DNA from: the human T2T-CHM13v2.0 reference genome, Homo sapiens
DNA: 64,000 nt
Assembly (NCBI RefSeq): GCF_009914755.1
Contig: NC_060947.1
Reading direction: 5' to 3' (one strand)
Position numbers and translations under genes: made by a program. Numbering within the stretch: the stretch's first letter is position 1; each line of letters begins with the position of its first letter. Below the pieces are notes generated by a model that was given only the letters and a program-made list of their open reading frames with translations, searched no databases and had not been told where the DNA came from. Below are positions 1 through 18,111 of this stretch, in pieces.

Positions 1-271
1 TTCGGGCGTTAGTAATCAGACGAATTCCTGGGAATTGCGGATATAGCTCGCCACAGTATCTTATCAGTTAATTGCATTCTTGGATGTGCTGGGAGTCAGC
101 TTGCACGAGTTCAGTCCTTGAGGAAGGGGCTGCCAGTGAAAGAGCCATGATGGAGTCTGTCTGGTTCTCTTAGCTAAGGGTGAGTCCATTCAGGTGGAAA
201 CAAGGCTAGGTGATTGAAGGAAAAGGGAGAGTCTAAAAACAGGGTTAGTAAAAAGGAGGTTGGGCATTACA
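1..271 (-). mobile_element. ERV1 LTR 5' part, LTR6 (HERV-T/S71)-like, cut by the window edge
   Basis: Minus strand starts TGTAATGCCCAACCTCCTTTTTACTAACCCTGTTTTTAGACTCTCCC with a TG terminus. This matches my recollection of the LTR6A/B consensus; subfamily not verified. Confidence 0.6.
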
Positions 272-983
272 GGTGAAACCCCGTCTGCCCGAGCCAGCAA
301 ACGCTGCTCACCCGTGACAGGTGCAGACCCGGTCTCCGGCTGGTCCTGCCTCCTGGCCTCCTTCCCGAAGCATCCAGCCTTCCGGAGCACAGGCAGACGG
401 GTACAGGATGGTCCCCAGGCCCTCATTCACTTGGAAGCAACAGGAGAAAATCCTCTATTGCATTTCTGCAGCCGTCCGCATTTCTGCGCACAGAGACGGT
501 TAAATGCTTGTCATTTAACTTGTCATTCTCTCCATAACACAGTGTTCTATTTTTATTTCCATCGGTGCAAAGCTCATCACTCTCCGTCCCCTCCTGCCTG
601 GGATGCTTGCAGCCCCCTTCCTGAGACGGTGGCGATCCCCCAGTACCAGATTTTTGGTGATCCCAGGGGGCCACGGGCTGTGCCTGGCATCTCTCTCATG
701 AAACATCTCTTTTTCTTGTGATCATTTAAAATTCATCCTCGCTCCAAAGAAGGTATCTGTGTAGCAGTGTTGCCTCCGTGAGCCGTCCTGATTTTTTTTT
801 TCTGGTATTTCAAAGGGAGGTTAGGGGATCGGGTTATTTTTGGTGAGAACAGCGGGAAACCAAGCCTTGACTTTTCGAGTCCCTGGGGTGCAGGAGAGGG
901 GTCTCTGAGGACCATGCTGGGAAAATAACTCATCCCTCCTTTGGTCATCTTTGGAGATGAGCTGAAACCAGGCGGGGCTCTAG

Positions 984-1314
<331 letters not shown>

Positions 1315-1428
1315 CAAAGATGCCTTTTAATAAACAAGGTATTTGGGAGGCTGAAGAGGGTGGATGACCTGAGGTCAGGAGTTCGAGACCAGCCTGGGAT
1401 GACAGGCGTGAGCCACCGCGCCCGGCCT

Positions 1429-2341
1429 CATGCCTCCTGTTTTTAGGACATACAGGGTAACTTCCTGCGTGGCTATGACATCTGTAAATGGTCCTGGTGC
1501 TGGTGGGAGTGTCTTTTAGCAGCAAATGAATTACAGTTAGTGTAAGGTACAATTAGTGCGGTGAGGACAACCTGAGGTCACTTTCGTTGCCATCTTGGTT
1601 TTGGCGGGATTTGGCCGGCTTCTTCACTGCGAGCTGTTTTATCAGCAACTCTTTATGACCTCTGTCTTGTGCCAACCTCCTATCTCAACCTGTAGGTTAG
1701 AATGCCTTAACCTGGGGAGGCCGAGGCAGGTGGATCACCTGAGGTTGGGAGTTCCAGATCAGCCTGACCAACATAGCGAGACCCCGTCTCTACTAAAAAT
1801 ACAAAATTAGCCAGGCGTGGAGGTGCATGCCTGTAATCCCAGAACTTTCGGAGGCCAAGGCGGGCGGATCACCTGAGGTCGGGAGTTTGAGACCAGCCTG
1901 ACCAACATGGCGAAACCCCGTCTCTACTAAAAATACAAAATTAGCCGGGCGTGGAGGCTCGCACCTGCAATCCCAGAACTTTGGGAGGCCAAGGTGGGTG
2001 GATCACGAGGTCAGGAGTTCAAGACCAGCCTGGCCAGCACGGTGAAACCCCGTCTGTAATAAAAATACAAAAATTAGCCGGGCGTGTGGTGGCGCGTGCC
2101 TGTAATCCCAGCTACTCAGGAGGCTGAGGCAGGAGAATCGCTTGAACCCGGGAGGCGGAGCTTGCAGTGGAGCTGAGATTGCACCACTGCACTCTAGCCT
2201 GGGTGAGAGAGCGAGACTCTGTCTTAAAAAAAAGAAAAAAAAAAATCTGAACCTTCTGAGAATGCAGCCCAGAAGGTCTCAGCCTCATTTTACCCAGCCC
2301 CTGTTGAAAGTGGAGTTGCTTTACTTCCAACACCTCTGACA
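1429..2341 (-). mobile_element. MER41-family LTR (two pieces, 1429-1712 and 2249-2341) split by an Alu multimer
   Basis: Minus strand starts TGTCAGAGGTGTTGGAAGTAAAGCAACTCCAC...GGGGCTGGGTAAAATGAGGCTGAGACC and continues GCATTCTAA...CTGATAAAACAG...CCAAAACCAAGATGGC...AAGACACTCCCACCAGC, as in MER41. Confidence 0.85.
1714..2245 (+). mobile_element. Alu multimer: three left arms plus one right arm
   Basis: GGAGGCC..GGATCAC..GAGACCAGCCTG..TACTAAAAATACAAAATTAGCC occurs three times (~134-bp period) before a single right arm and A-tail. Confidence 0.9.
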
Positions 2342-2584
2342 CTGCTGTTTGGGAATCTTCCGAATGATTAGAGAGTTATAGAAAGTTAAGGCGCCTTGAT
2401 CCGGAGAAGCTGGTGCCGTCTCTCTCATGGCGTCTGTGGGACAATTGTCCGGGAAGAGGGCGGCTCTGGGCACTCCGGGGGGCTGGAGGTGGGAGCTTCG
2501 TATCCTGGAGGTGGCTGTGTGTTTTGGAGACTCATTGTACCACATAAAACACCCTTAAATATCCTTGCCTTCCCCTGCTATTTT

Positions 2585-3660
<1,076 letters not shown>

Positions 3661-3664
3661 ATTA

Positions 3665-3977
<313 letters not shown>

Positions 3978-4047
3978 TAAGCTGTATGCCGGATGCATAC
4001 GGCCGGCCTATAGTTTCTGCAAATCCAGAAAAGCTTACTGCAACTGC

Positions 4048-5146
4048 AGAAAGAAAAAAAAAAGAAAGAGAGAAAGAGAGAGAGAGAAGGAGGGAGGGAG
4101 GGAGGAAGGAAGGAGAGGGAGGGAGGGAAGGAAGGAAGGAAAGAAGGAAGGAAGGAGAGGGAGGAAGGAAAGAAGGAAGGAGACGGAGGAAGGAGAGGGA
4201 GGAAGGAAGGAGAGGGAGGAAGGAAAGAAGGAAGGAGACAGAGGGAGGAAGGAGAGGGAGGAAGGAAGGAGAGGGAGGGAGGAAGGAAGGAAGGAGACGG
4301 AGGAAGGAGAGGGAGGGAGGAAGGAGAGGGAGGGAGGAAGGAAGGAAGGAGACGGAGGAAGGAGAGGGAGGGAGGAAGGAGAGGGAGGGAGGAAGGAAGG
4401 AAGGAGACGGAGGAAGGAGAGGGAGGAAGGAAGGAGAGGGAGGAAGGAAGGAGAGGGAGGAAGGAGACAGGGAGGAAGGAGAGGGAGGAAGGAAGGAGAG
4501 GGAGGGAGGAAGGAGAGGGAGGGAGGAAGGAGAGGGAGGGAGGAAGGAGACGGAGGAAGGAAGGAGAGGGAGGAAGGAAGGAGAGGGAGGAAGGAAAGAA
4601 GGAAGGAGACAGGGAGGAAGGAGAGGGAGGAAGGAAGGAGAGGGAGGGAGGAAGGAAGGAAGGAGACGGAGGAAGGAGAGGGAGGAAGGAGAGGGAGGGA
4701 GGAAGGAGAGGAAGGAAGGAGATGGAGGAAGGAAGGAGAGGGAGGAAGGAAGGAGGGAAGGGAGGGAGGAAGGAAGGAGAGGGAGGGAGGAAGGAAGGAG
4801 GGAAGGGAGGGAGGAAAGAAAGAAGGAAGGAAGATTCTAATTCAAATCAGTTGCTTAAGAGGGAGAGATCAGGAAGTTCCCAACTAAAGTGCTGGGGTGA
4901 CAGGTGTGAGCCACCATGCCCGGCCAGGTTCCCCAGCTGTTTGGACAAGTAGTAACAAGTAGCCAACTGCAAATGCACAAAGAAAGAAGGAGGAAAGAAA
5001 GAAAGAGAGAGAGAGAAGGAAGAAAGGAAAGAGAAAGAAGAAAAGAAAAAACCAATTCTAATTCAAATCAGTTGCTTAAGAGGGAGAGATCAGGAAGAAA
5101 GAAAGAAGGAAAGAGAAAGAAAGGAAAAGAAGAGAGAAAGAGAGAG

Positions 5147-5177
<31 letters not shown>

Positions 5178-5190
5178 CAGAAAGAAAAAC
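4048..5190 (+). repeat. Polypurine (GGAA/GGGA/GAAA)n tracts with interspersed duplicated unique motif
   Basis: About 780 bp of nearly pure G/A at 4050-4833, plus shorter tracts at 4980-5050 and 5098-5190. Confidence 0.95.
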
Positions 5191-6074
5191 AAATCCTAAT
5201 TCAAATCACTTGCTTAAGAGGGAGAAATAAGGCAATTTCCCACCAGGAGGATGCCGTCTAGATCGGACGGTGTTGTTGGTACGGACCTGACTCTGAAGTC
5301 ACTAACAAAACTCCCAGGCTTTGTGCAAAGGAGAACCTCTAAGCCCCCCGGGAACGGCGTTTTCTCGCTCGCCACCATGAGTCTGGCTGGCTCGCCTCCT
5401 TGTAGAACGAGGTGGCCGCAAGTTTGGCGGCCTCTGGAGAAACGGCGGTGCATTTGTTGACGTAAGAAGTAATGTAGAGGGTGGGGGAGTGTCTGTTCCA
5501 TGATAATTTCTGAATAGTGCGTTTCTCCGGAGCCATACATCATTGTCAACTCAGAAGATTACACGTACCGTTGCCTTTGTGAACCGGGGACTCGGGGTGG
5601 GGGCAAATGTCCCCAAATGCAAATCCGCCTGGTAGATAGAGTGAGATAGATATGAATGTAGACACCACGGGTCTCCTTCCCCGACAACCCACCTTTTTTT
5701 GTTTGTTTGTTTTAGGTGATTCAGGGACAAAGCTTTCCTGGAACAACAAGGCTGAAATTACATCATCATTGCAGACGTCCGTCGGCAAGCGGCGTTTTAT
5801 TTCAAGGCTAGGAGCTGAAATGATCGTGTTCAGTCACGCACACCGTCTATGATAAGGTAGGTCTGGGCGGGAAGGGAGGTGCAGAATACATGCGATCATT
5901 CATCGAGATGAAAATAAAGTCAATCGAGCGCTCTCCCCCTGGAGGGAACAGGAAGGCAAACGTTTGTCTGGCTGAAAACACAGGCAAAAAAATTTAGACG
6001 TTGTCTATAGCTGCAACCAGATTTGGAGACAGAGGCCAAGCACCTGAATCGTTGCCCCAACTTTCTGGTTTTAA

Positions 6075-6416
<342 letters not shown>

Positions 6417-6654
6417 TCTACACACACGTTTATATACACACATACCTGACCATATATATGCATACATCTATATTTATCACACATACGTACATAGATGTAT
6501 GGATTTTGTTACAGACAGAAACTTAATTTAACCATCTCTGACACATTGCTTCTTAAATTATAAAGCCACTTTCCCACTTTCCCAATATCCACTGGTGGCA
6601 CACTGAATCTGAGTTAGTTCTAAATGTTTCAATGCGATTGTGTGTATATATGCC

Positions 6655-8200
6655 TTCCTAGAATGGGATGTATACAGCTGGCCTGTGGTCTCTCCCTCCC
6701 TAGAGTGAGATGTATACGGTTGGCCTGCAGTCTGTCTTTCTAGTGTGGGATGTATACAGCTGGTCTGTTGTCTCCCTCTGTAGAGTGGGATGTATACAGC
6801 CGGCCTGCGGTTTCTTTCTTCCTAGAGTGGGATGTATACAGCCGGCCTGTGGTCTGTCTCTCTAGTGTGGGATGTATACAGTTGGCCTGTGGTGTTTCTC
6901 CCTAGAGGGGGATGTATATAGTCAGCCCGTGGTTTCTTTCTTCCTAGTGTGGGATGTATACAGCCGGCCTATGGTCTGTCTCTCTAGTGTGGGATGTATA
7001 CAGCTGGCCTGTGGCCTCCCTCTCTAGAGTGGGATGTATACAGTTGGTCTGTGGTCTCTTCCTCCCTAGAGTGGAATGTATACAGCCGGCCTGTGGTCTC
7101 TCTTTCTAGAGAAGGATGTATACAGCCGGCCTGTGGTCTCCCTCCCAGGAGTGGAATGTATACAGTCGGCCTGCGGTCTCCCTCCCAGGGGTGGGATGTA
7201 TACAGCCGGCCTGTGGTCTCTCTTTCTAGAGAAGGATGTATACAGCAGCCTGCAGTCTCCCTCCCAGGAGTGGAATGTATACAGCCGGCCTGTGCTCTCC
7301 CTCCTAGGAGTGATATGTATACAGCCGGCCTGTGGTCTCCCTCCCTAGAGTGATATGTATACAGTTGGCCTGTGGTCTCCCTCCCAGGAGTGGGATGTAT
7401 ACAGCCGGCCTGTGGTCTCTCTTTCTAGAGAAGGATGTATACAGCCGGCCTGTGGTCTCCCTCCCAGGAGTGGGATGTATACAGTCGGCCTGCGGTCTCC
7501 CTCCCAGGAGTGGAATGTATACAGCCGGCCTGTGGTCTCTCTTTCTAGAGAAGGATGTATACAGCCGGCCTGTGGTCTCCCTCCCAGGAGTGGGATGTAT
7601 ACAGCAGCCTGTGGTCTCCCTCCCAGGAGTGGAATGTATACAGCCGGCCTGTGGTCTCTCTTTCTAGAGAAGGATGTATACAGCAGCCTGCAGTCTCCCT
7701 CCCAGGAGTGGGATGTATACAGTCAGCCTGTGGTCTCCCTCCCAGGAGTGGGATGTATACAGCCGGCCTGTGGTCTCCCTCCCAGGAGTGGAATGTATAC
7801 AGCCGGCCTGTGGTCTCTCTTTCTAGAGAAGGATGTATACAGCAGCCTGCAGTCTCCCTCCCAGGAGTGGGATGTATACAGTCGGCCTGTGGTCTCCCTC
7901 CCAGGAGTGGGATGTATACAGTCGGCCTGTGGTCTCTCTTTCTAGAGAAGGATGTATACAGCAGCCTGCGGTCTCCCTCCCAGGAGTGATATGTATACAG
8001 TTGGCCTGTGGTCTCCCTCCCAGGAGTGGGATGTATACAGCCGGCCTGTGGTCTCCCTCCCTAGAGTGATATGTATACAGTCGGCCTGTGGTCTCCCTCC
8101 CTAGAGTGATATGTATACAGTTGGCCTGTGGTCTCCCTCCCAGGAGTGGGATGTATACAGTCGGCCTGTGGCCTTCCTGCCTGGTGTGTATACAGCAGGC
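6655..8200 (+). repeat. 40-bp minisatellite (~38 units)
   Basis: Unit GATGTATACAGCCGGCCTGTGGTCTCCCTCCCAGGAGTGG, with 39-bp and CTTTCTAGAGAAG variants; more degenerate at the 5' end. Confidence 0.97.
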
Positions 8201-8869
8201 CTGTAATGCTCACCTCAACAGGCAGTATTCCTTGGACTCCTGGTCTGCAGACATCCTGGTTCCTCATTCCCTGAAATTCTGCGTGGGACGTTTTTCCGCC
8301 TGGGCCTGAGTGACACTGGCTTTGACGTAGCTTCTAGGTGAAGATCAATGAAGGCCTCGGTGGGGCCCAATTTCTTGGTGGAAACTCATCCCGTTTCTGA
8401 TAAAGGATGGCCCGGGAAGACCTAGAATACGGTGACACCGCGTCCCTCTCCCCCGTGGGTCCCCGAACCTGCAGATGACCACATTTTAGGAACCTTGTAT
8501 CAGGAGCATGTCTTAATGTTATTACGTCTTTCTCAAAAACAAGATTTTGGATTCCTACGTGACACGGATCCTTCTAGGTCCGCCGGCAGCTATTTGACCA
8601 GGCTGTTATTTAAGAGAATGTAGATGATTCCCTAAACCTTCTAGCTCATAAAACGTGGATTGTTAAGATTGACTCCTTCAGGTAAAATTATTGGATTTCA
8701 TATACCAACTGCTAAAAGGCACTATTCATAGTCTCAAACGGCTTGCGGGAAAAGCTGTTCTAATTTACGTTCCTGCCGGCAGAGCAAGAGGTCGCCCGGG
8801 ACTTACGCTGTGATGAACATTGAGGTTCATTTTAAAAAGAAAATGAGGAATTCTGCAAATTTCATAGTT

Positions 8870-9782
<913 letters not shown>

Positions 9783-9805
9783 TGAAGCTACATTTCATGA
9801 CTTAA

Positions 9806-10134
<329 letters not shown>

Positions 10135-10145
10135 ATGTACTTTTA

Positions 10146-10930
<785 letters not shown>

Positions 10931-11602
10931 TGATGCCTCATACTGGATTAAGTTACCCATGAAATCTAAGCTTGGTTCCTTAAGCCTCGCCTCTTTGAAG
11001 AGGAATCCAATTCTGAAATGAATGACACTTTTGGGGGGCCTCATGCCGTGGGGAGCTTAGATTGTCTTTGAAACTGGCCTCTGAGTTGAAATTCCAGGTC
11101 CTACCCTTTCCTGCTCAGTCCTCAGACAATTTATAAAACTTGCCTAAACTCACATTTTTATCTGGTAATTTGTGACTTGCAGAATGAACGCAAGAAAACA
11201 GAGACGACATTGTAAAGTAGCTGGCCATCGTATTTTTCTTGGAAGAGACAGTATCCTTAAATTAATGCTAATATTTTAAACACTGGCCCACTGATCATGA
11301 ACACCCAATTCCTGGGTTCCTTGAAATATTTTTGGAAGGGGCGGCCAACCCGTGCCTTCATTCTTGCCCAACACCAGTGGGCTGGATGGGATGTTCGCCG
11401 CAGTCTCCACTGCTCCCCGATGTCTCTCTCACATCAGGCCTGCCTTACTGACCTGACCTGCCTCCTCCTGCAAGCATTTGAGTCTGGAATTTTTTTGATG
11501 TGCAGAAACAATGCCTGTAAAACACCCAGTACAGGGGTGCTGAAGACATGTTCGTTCAACATGAGCTGAAGCATTCTTAGAGGCAGGTGCTGGTACACCC
11601 AC

Positions 11603-12640
11603 ATGCACTGGAGACTCTGAGATGAGCATTGCAGACTCTGAGATGTGCACTGGAGATTCTGAATGGGCATTGGAGACTCTGAGATGGACACTGGAGGCTC
11701 TGAGCTGTGCTTTGGAGATTCTGAGATGCGCATTGGAGACTCTGAGGTGTGCATTGGAGACTCTGAGATGGACACTGGAGGCTCTGAGCTGTGCTTTGGA
11801 GATTCTGAGATGTGCATTGGAGACTCTGAGCTGTGCTTTGGAGATTCTGAGATGTGCATTGGAGACTCTGAGATGGGCACTGGAGACTAAGATGTGCATT
11901 GGAGACTCTGAGGTGTGCTTTGGAGACTCTGAGATGTGCTTTGGAGACTCTGAGATGTGCTTTGGAGACTCTGAGGTGTCCATTGGAGACTCTCAGATGT
12001 GCATTGGAGACTCTGAGATGGGCATTGGAGATTCTGAGCTGTGCTTTGGAGACTCTGAGATGGGCACTGGAGATTCTGAGATGTGCATTGGAGACTCTGA
12101 GATGGGCACTGGAGACTAAGATGTGCATTGGAGACTCTGAGGTGTGCTTTGGAGACTCTGAGATGTGCTTTGGAGACTCTGAGGTGTCCATTGGAGACTC
12201 TCAGATGTGCATTGGAGACTCTGAGATGGGCATTGGAGATTCTGAGCTGTGCTTTGGAGACTCTGAGATGGGCACTGGAGACTCTGAGATGTGCATTGGA
12301 GACTCTGAGATGGGCACTGGAGACTCTGACGTGTGCTTTGGAGACTCTGAGATGGGCATTGGAGACCCTGAGGTGTGCATTGGAGACTCTGACGTGGGCA
12401 TTGGAGACTGAGATGGGCATTGGAGACTCTGAGATGTGCTTTGGAGATTCCGATATGTGCATTGGAGACCCTGAGGTGTGCACTGCAGACACTGAGGTGT
12501 GCATTGGACACTCTGACGTGGGCACTGGAGACTGAGATGGGTACGGGAGACTCTGAGGTGTGCATTGCAGACTCTGAGGTGTGCTTTAGAGACTGTGAGA
12601 TGGGCACTGCAGAGGCTGAGGTGTGCTTTGGACACTCTGG
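11603..12640 (+). repeat. 21-bp minisatellite (~49 units)
   Basis: Unit TGGAGACTCTGAGATGTGCAT with variants; 19-bp variant GGAGACTAAGATG at ~11882 and ~12111. Confidence 0.97.
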
Positions 12641-13146
12641 TGTTCCAGTATGATGTGATTGCTTTTCAGAGCGGCAGACAGGATGTCCAGCTGGAGCCGG
12701 CCAGCAGCAGGACGCTGACTGCGTGAGTGATGCAGCCGCGATTGGTGTTGACGGCCGGCGCGGAACACTCCATCTACATGCAGGTGCTAAGTGAGCCCTG
12801 GGGAGAAGGTGACCTGAATACTTGCCAACTGTTCTTTAGAAATTTCTTTAAATGGAAAATATGATTTAGGCAATGTTAAAAAAAAAAAACAAAACCAGAC
12901 AGAGTCCCAGGATATTAGCACATGGCTCAGAAGACCGGACGCAGAAGGAGGAAAAGTCATGCTCTTTGCCAAGCCCAGTGCTAACTAGACCTTAAACCTG
13001 GGCGAATGCACCCATAACGTGGGTGTCTCCACGCCTTCCGTGCAAACTGTGTGTATTTGACAGATGAATGGTTTGTCTCTGGGATGATACTTTTCTGACA
13101 GTGCAGCCTGCAGATAACATCTAACGAGGGGAGAAGGATTATGTGA

Positions 13147-13818
<672 letters not shown>

Positions 13819-14189
13819 CGAGGTGTCTTATGAGTGGGCAGTGGACTGTGGCTCAGCTCTGGCCCACCTGAAGGTGAAGAGAGGTGGCTTTCTGGCCCTG
13901 GGATTAGTCCTGCCTTGTACAAATCTCCACCTCCGAAGGAAGGAAGAACAAGGGATTTATAGAGATGCCTTTGGGAGCTTCAGAAGAAAGAGGGTGTAAT
14001 CTTGCTGGTTGATATAATTTTGGATGAAGGCACTGTCCTCCAAGCTCACAAACACACAGGACCAGAGAGAAGGACGGAGGAGATGGGGTTTCAGCGAGGG
14101 AGGTGGGAGAACAGGCCTGGCCTGTTGGGGGTAGAACGTAGAAGAAAAGGGCAATCTGAGAGATGAACAGGGGACGGTATTAAGTGCGT

Positions 14190-15960
14190 GCCCCCACACA
14201 CATGCGCACATGTCCGGAAGGCAAGCACACACCCACCGTCATGAGCCCTCACGTGCAGGTGCATGCACGCATTCTTGCAAACCCCACACATGCACACAAG
14301 CCCATATGCATATATGTGTACAGAAGGCAAGCACACATTCACAGTCATGAGCCCTCACGTGCAGGTGCATGCACGCATTCTTGCAAGCCCCACACATGCA
14401 CACAAGTGCATATGCATATACATGTACAGAAGGCAAGCACACACAGCCATGAGCCCTCACGTGCAGGTGCATGCATGCATTCTTGCAAACCCCACACATG
14501 CACACAAGCCCATATGCATATATGTGTACAGAAGTCAAGCACACACTGATAGTCATGAGCGCTCACATACAACTGCATGCATGCATTCATTCAAGCTCCC
14601 ACATGCACAGATGCACACAGGTATCTCTGCACAGAGGTGTACAGAAGGCAAGCACACATTCAGTCATGAGCCCTCACGTGCAGGTGCATGCACGCATTCT
14701 TGCAAACCCCACACATGCACACAAGCCCATATGCATATATGTGTACAGAAGGCAAGCACACACCCACAGCCATGAGCCCTCACGTGCAGGTGCATGCATG
14801 CATTCATTCAAGCCTCCACATGCACACAAGCCCATATGCATATATGTGTACAGAAGGCAAGCACACATTCACAGTCATGAGCCCTCACGTGCAGGTGCAT
14901 GCACGCATTCTTGCAAGCCCCACACATGCACACAAGCCCATATGCATATATGTGTACAGAAGGCAAGCACACACTGATAGTCATGAGCGCTCACATACAA
15001 CTGCATGCATGCATTCATTCAAGCCCCCACATGCACAGATGCACACAGGTATCTCTGCACAGAGGTGTACAGAAGGCAAGCACACATTCACAGTCATGAG
15101 CCCTCACGTGCAGGTGCATGCACGCATTCTTGCAAACCCCACACATGCACACAAGCTCATATGCATATACGTGTACAGAAGGCAAGCACACACCCACAGC
15201 CATGAGCCCTCACGTGCAGGTGCATGCATGCATTCTTGCAAACCTCACACATGCACCCAAGCCCATATGCATATATGTGTACAGAAGGCAAGCACACATT
15301 CACAGTCATGAGCCCTCATGTGCAGGTGCATGCACGCATTCTTGCAAGCCTCACACATGCACACAAGCACATATGCATATACGTGTACAGAAGGCAAGCA
15401 CACATTCACAGTCATGAGCCCTCACATGCAGGCGCATGCACGCATTCTTGCAAGCCCCACACATGCACACAAGCACATATGCATATACATGTACAGAAGG
15501 CAAGCACACACAGCCATGAGCCCTCACGTGCAGGTGCATGCATGCATTCTTGCAAACCCCACACATGCACACAAGCCCATATGCATATATTTGTACAGAA
15601 GTCAAGCACACACTGATAGTCATGAGCGCTCACATACAACTGCATGCATGCATTCATTCAAGCTCCCACATGCACAGATGCACACAAGTATCTCTGCACA
15701 GAGGTGTACAGAAGGCAAGCACACATTCAGTCATGAGCCCTCACGTGCAGGTGCATGCACGCATTCTTGCAAACCCCACACATGCACACAAGCCCATATG
15801 CATATATGTGTACAGAAGGCAAGCACACATTCACAGTCATGAGCCCTCACGTGCAGGTGCATGCACGCATTCTTGCAAGCCTCACACATGCACACAAGCC
15901 CATATGCATATACGTGTACAGAAGGCAAGCACACACAGCCATGAGCCCTCACATGCAAAT
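14190..15960 (+). repeat. ~102-112-bp CA-rich minisatellite (~16 units)
   Basis: Unit CATGAGCCCTCACGTGCAGGTGCATGCACGCATTCTTGCAAACCCCACACATGCACACAAGCCCATATGCATATATGTGTACAGAAGGCAAGCACACA; divergent unit type (ACTGATAGTCATGAGCGCTCACATAC) at ~14545, ~14973, ~15612. Confidence 0.95.
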
Positions 15961-16332
15961 GCACATGCACATACACGCACAATGCAAAGCACACACTCCT
16001 AGTTTTGTGCATTCACTGTGTATGTGTGTCTGCATGTGCTCATGCGCCCTGATCCATGTGTGACTGTGTATGTGTGTGTCTGTGTGTTGTGCGCACTGAT
16101 CTGTGTTACTGTTTATGTGTGTGAGTCTGCAGACACACACATACACAGTCGCACAGGGATCAGTGCGCATGAGTACACAGACACACACATACACAGTCAC
16201 ACACATGTGCACACACCCACAGGTAGAAACGTGCACCCACACACATCTATTTTCATGGCAACAGTCACACACAGATCAGTGCATGTGAGTATAGATACAG
16301 ACTCACACACATACACAGACACACACGGATCA

Positions 16333-16635
<303 letters not shown>

Positions 16636-17539
16636 GGACGCGCTGGGCAAGGGGAAGTTGTTAGAAGCCCTGAGTCCCACACATGAGGGTCCTGACAACT
16701 TTTCTTCGTGATTCCGTATTTTAAAAGTAAATCTCCTTTCTGGGAACTTTTAATACCATTTTGGTTACGCGTCTAATCCACCTGCTCCTTAACCAGAAAT
16801 GGTAATCACGTGGAAATCACTGCCAAACTATGATGTCCAATTAAAATTCAGGTTATTTTGTGGGAGGCAAACGCACCCCCCAGCCTCTCTCTTTTTAAAC
16901 CGTCATCTTACAAATCCTCTGATAGAAAGTTCGGGCTGTTTTGAGGGAGAGCTTGTCATCAAGAGCCATCTGGCTTCCTCAGTCATGACAGATTAAAATA
17001 GGATACAGTATGAAAGCTTTGCCACCCCTCCAGGGGCGAAAGAAGTCACTGGGGGAAAGAGGTAATTAAAAGATCCCCTTGCAGAGACGGGCTCTGAGAG
17101 GGACCCTGGCACTCACCAACGGCAAAAAACTCATTTTCCAGAAGAGAGCAGGCCCCGGCCGGCCGGACATCGATGGCCTCGGAGCCACTCTGTCTCCTTT
17201 GGGGACGAAGGTGGGCTGGCTCTCGTAACCCCTTAGCTTTGTCTGGCCAGCACCCTTGGCTTTGTCTGGCCAGCACCCTTCTCTCCGTCTGGCCAGCACC
17301 CTTCTCTCCTCCTGTCCATGGCCATCAAGCGGCCAGGACTTGATAGCCGTGGAAATTGCACCTGATGAAATGGACGTAATGAGTGTCATGAAGAAACAGG
17401 ATTGTTTCTCCCCAAAACAGGAGGTCGCAAGGATGTCTCGATTTTCAAAGCCTGCAAGGAAAAAAGGTGACATTCCCCGTCGTGGGACATCCCCTCGCAA
17501 GGAGCCGACTCATGATTCCCACCTAGATAGTAAATACCA

Positions 17540-17893
<354 letters not shown>

Positions 17894-18111
17894 TTACCGC
17901 TCCGTAACTGACACGAACGATGCCGGAGAGCTGGGAGCTGGGAGCTGGGTGCCCAGCCTTGGAGGCGTGCTCCAAACCACACCTCCCTTTTGAGCTTGGC
18001 TGGTATGTAAACGATTGGAAGGATAGTTAATCAAGCAATTCCTCCATCTCACCTAAGTGAACCCAGAGATATTTATTTTCTCTCTCTATAAAGGTGTTCA
18101 CTCCCCAACTG

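Noticed and set aside
3986-4840. 284-aa R/E/G/K-rich ORF, and similar ORFs at 10.3, 27.5, 45 and 62.3 kb
   Set aside because: Simple-repeat translations.
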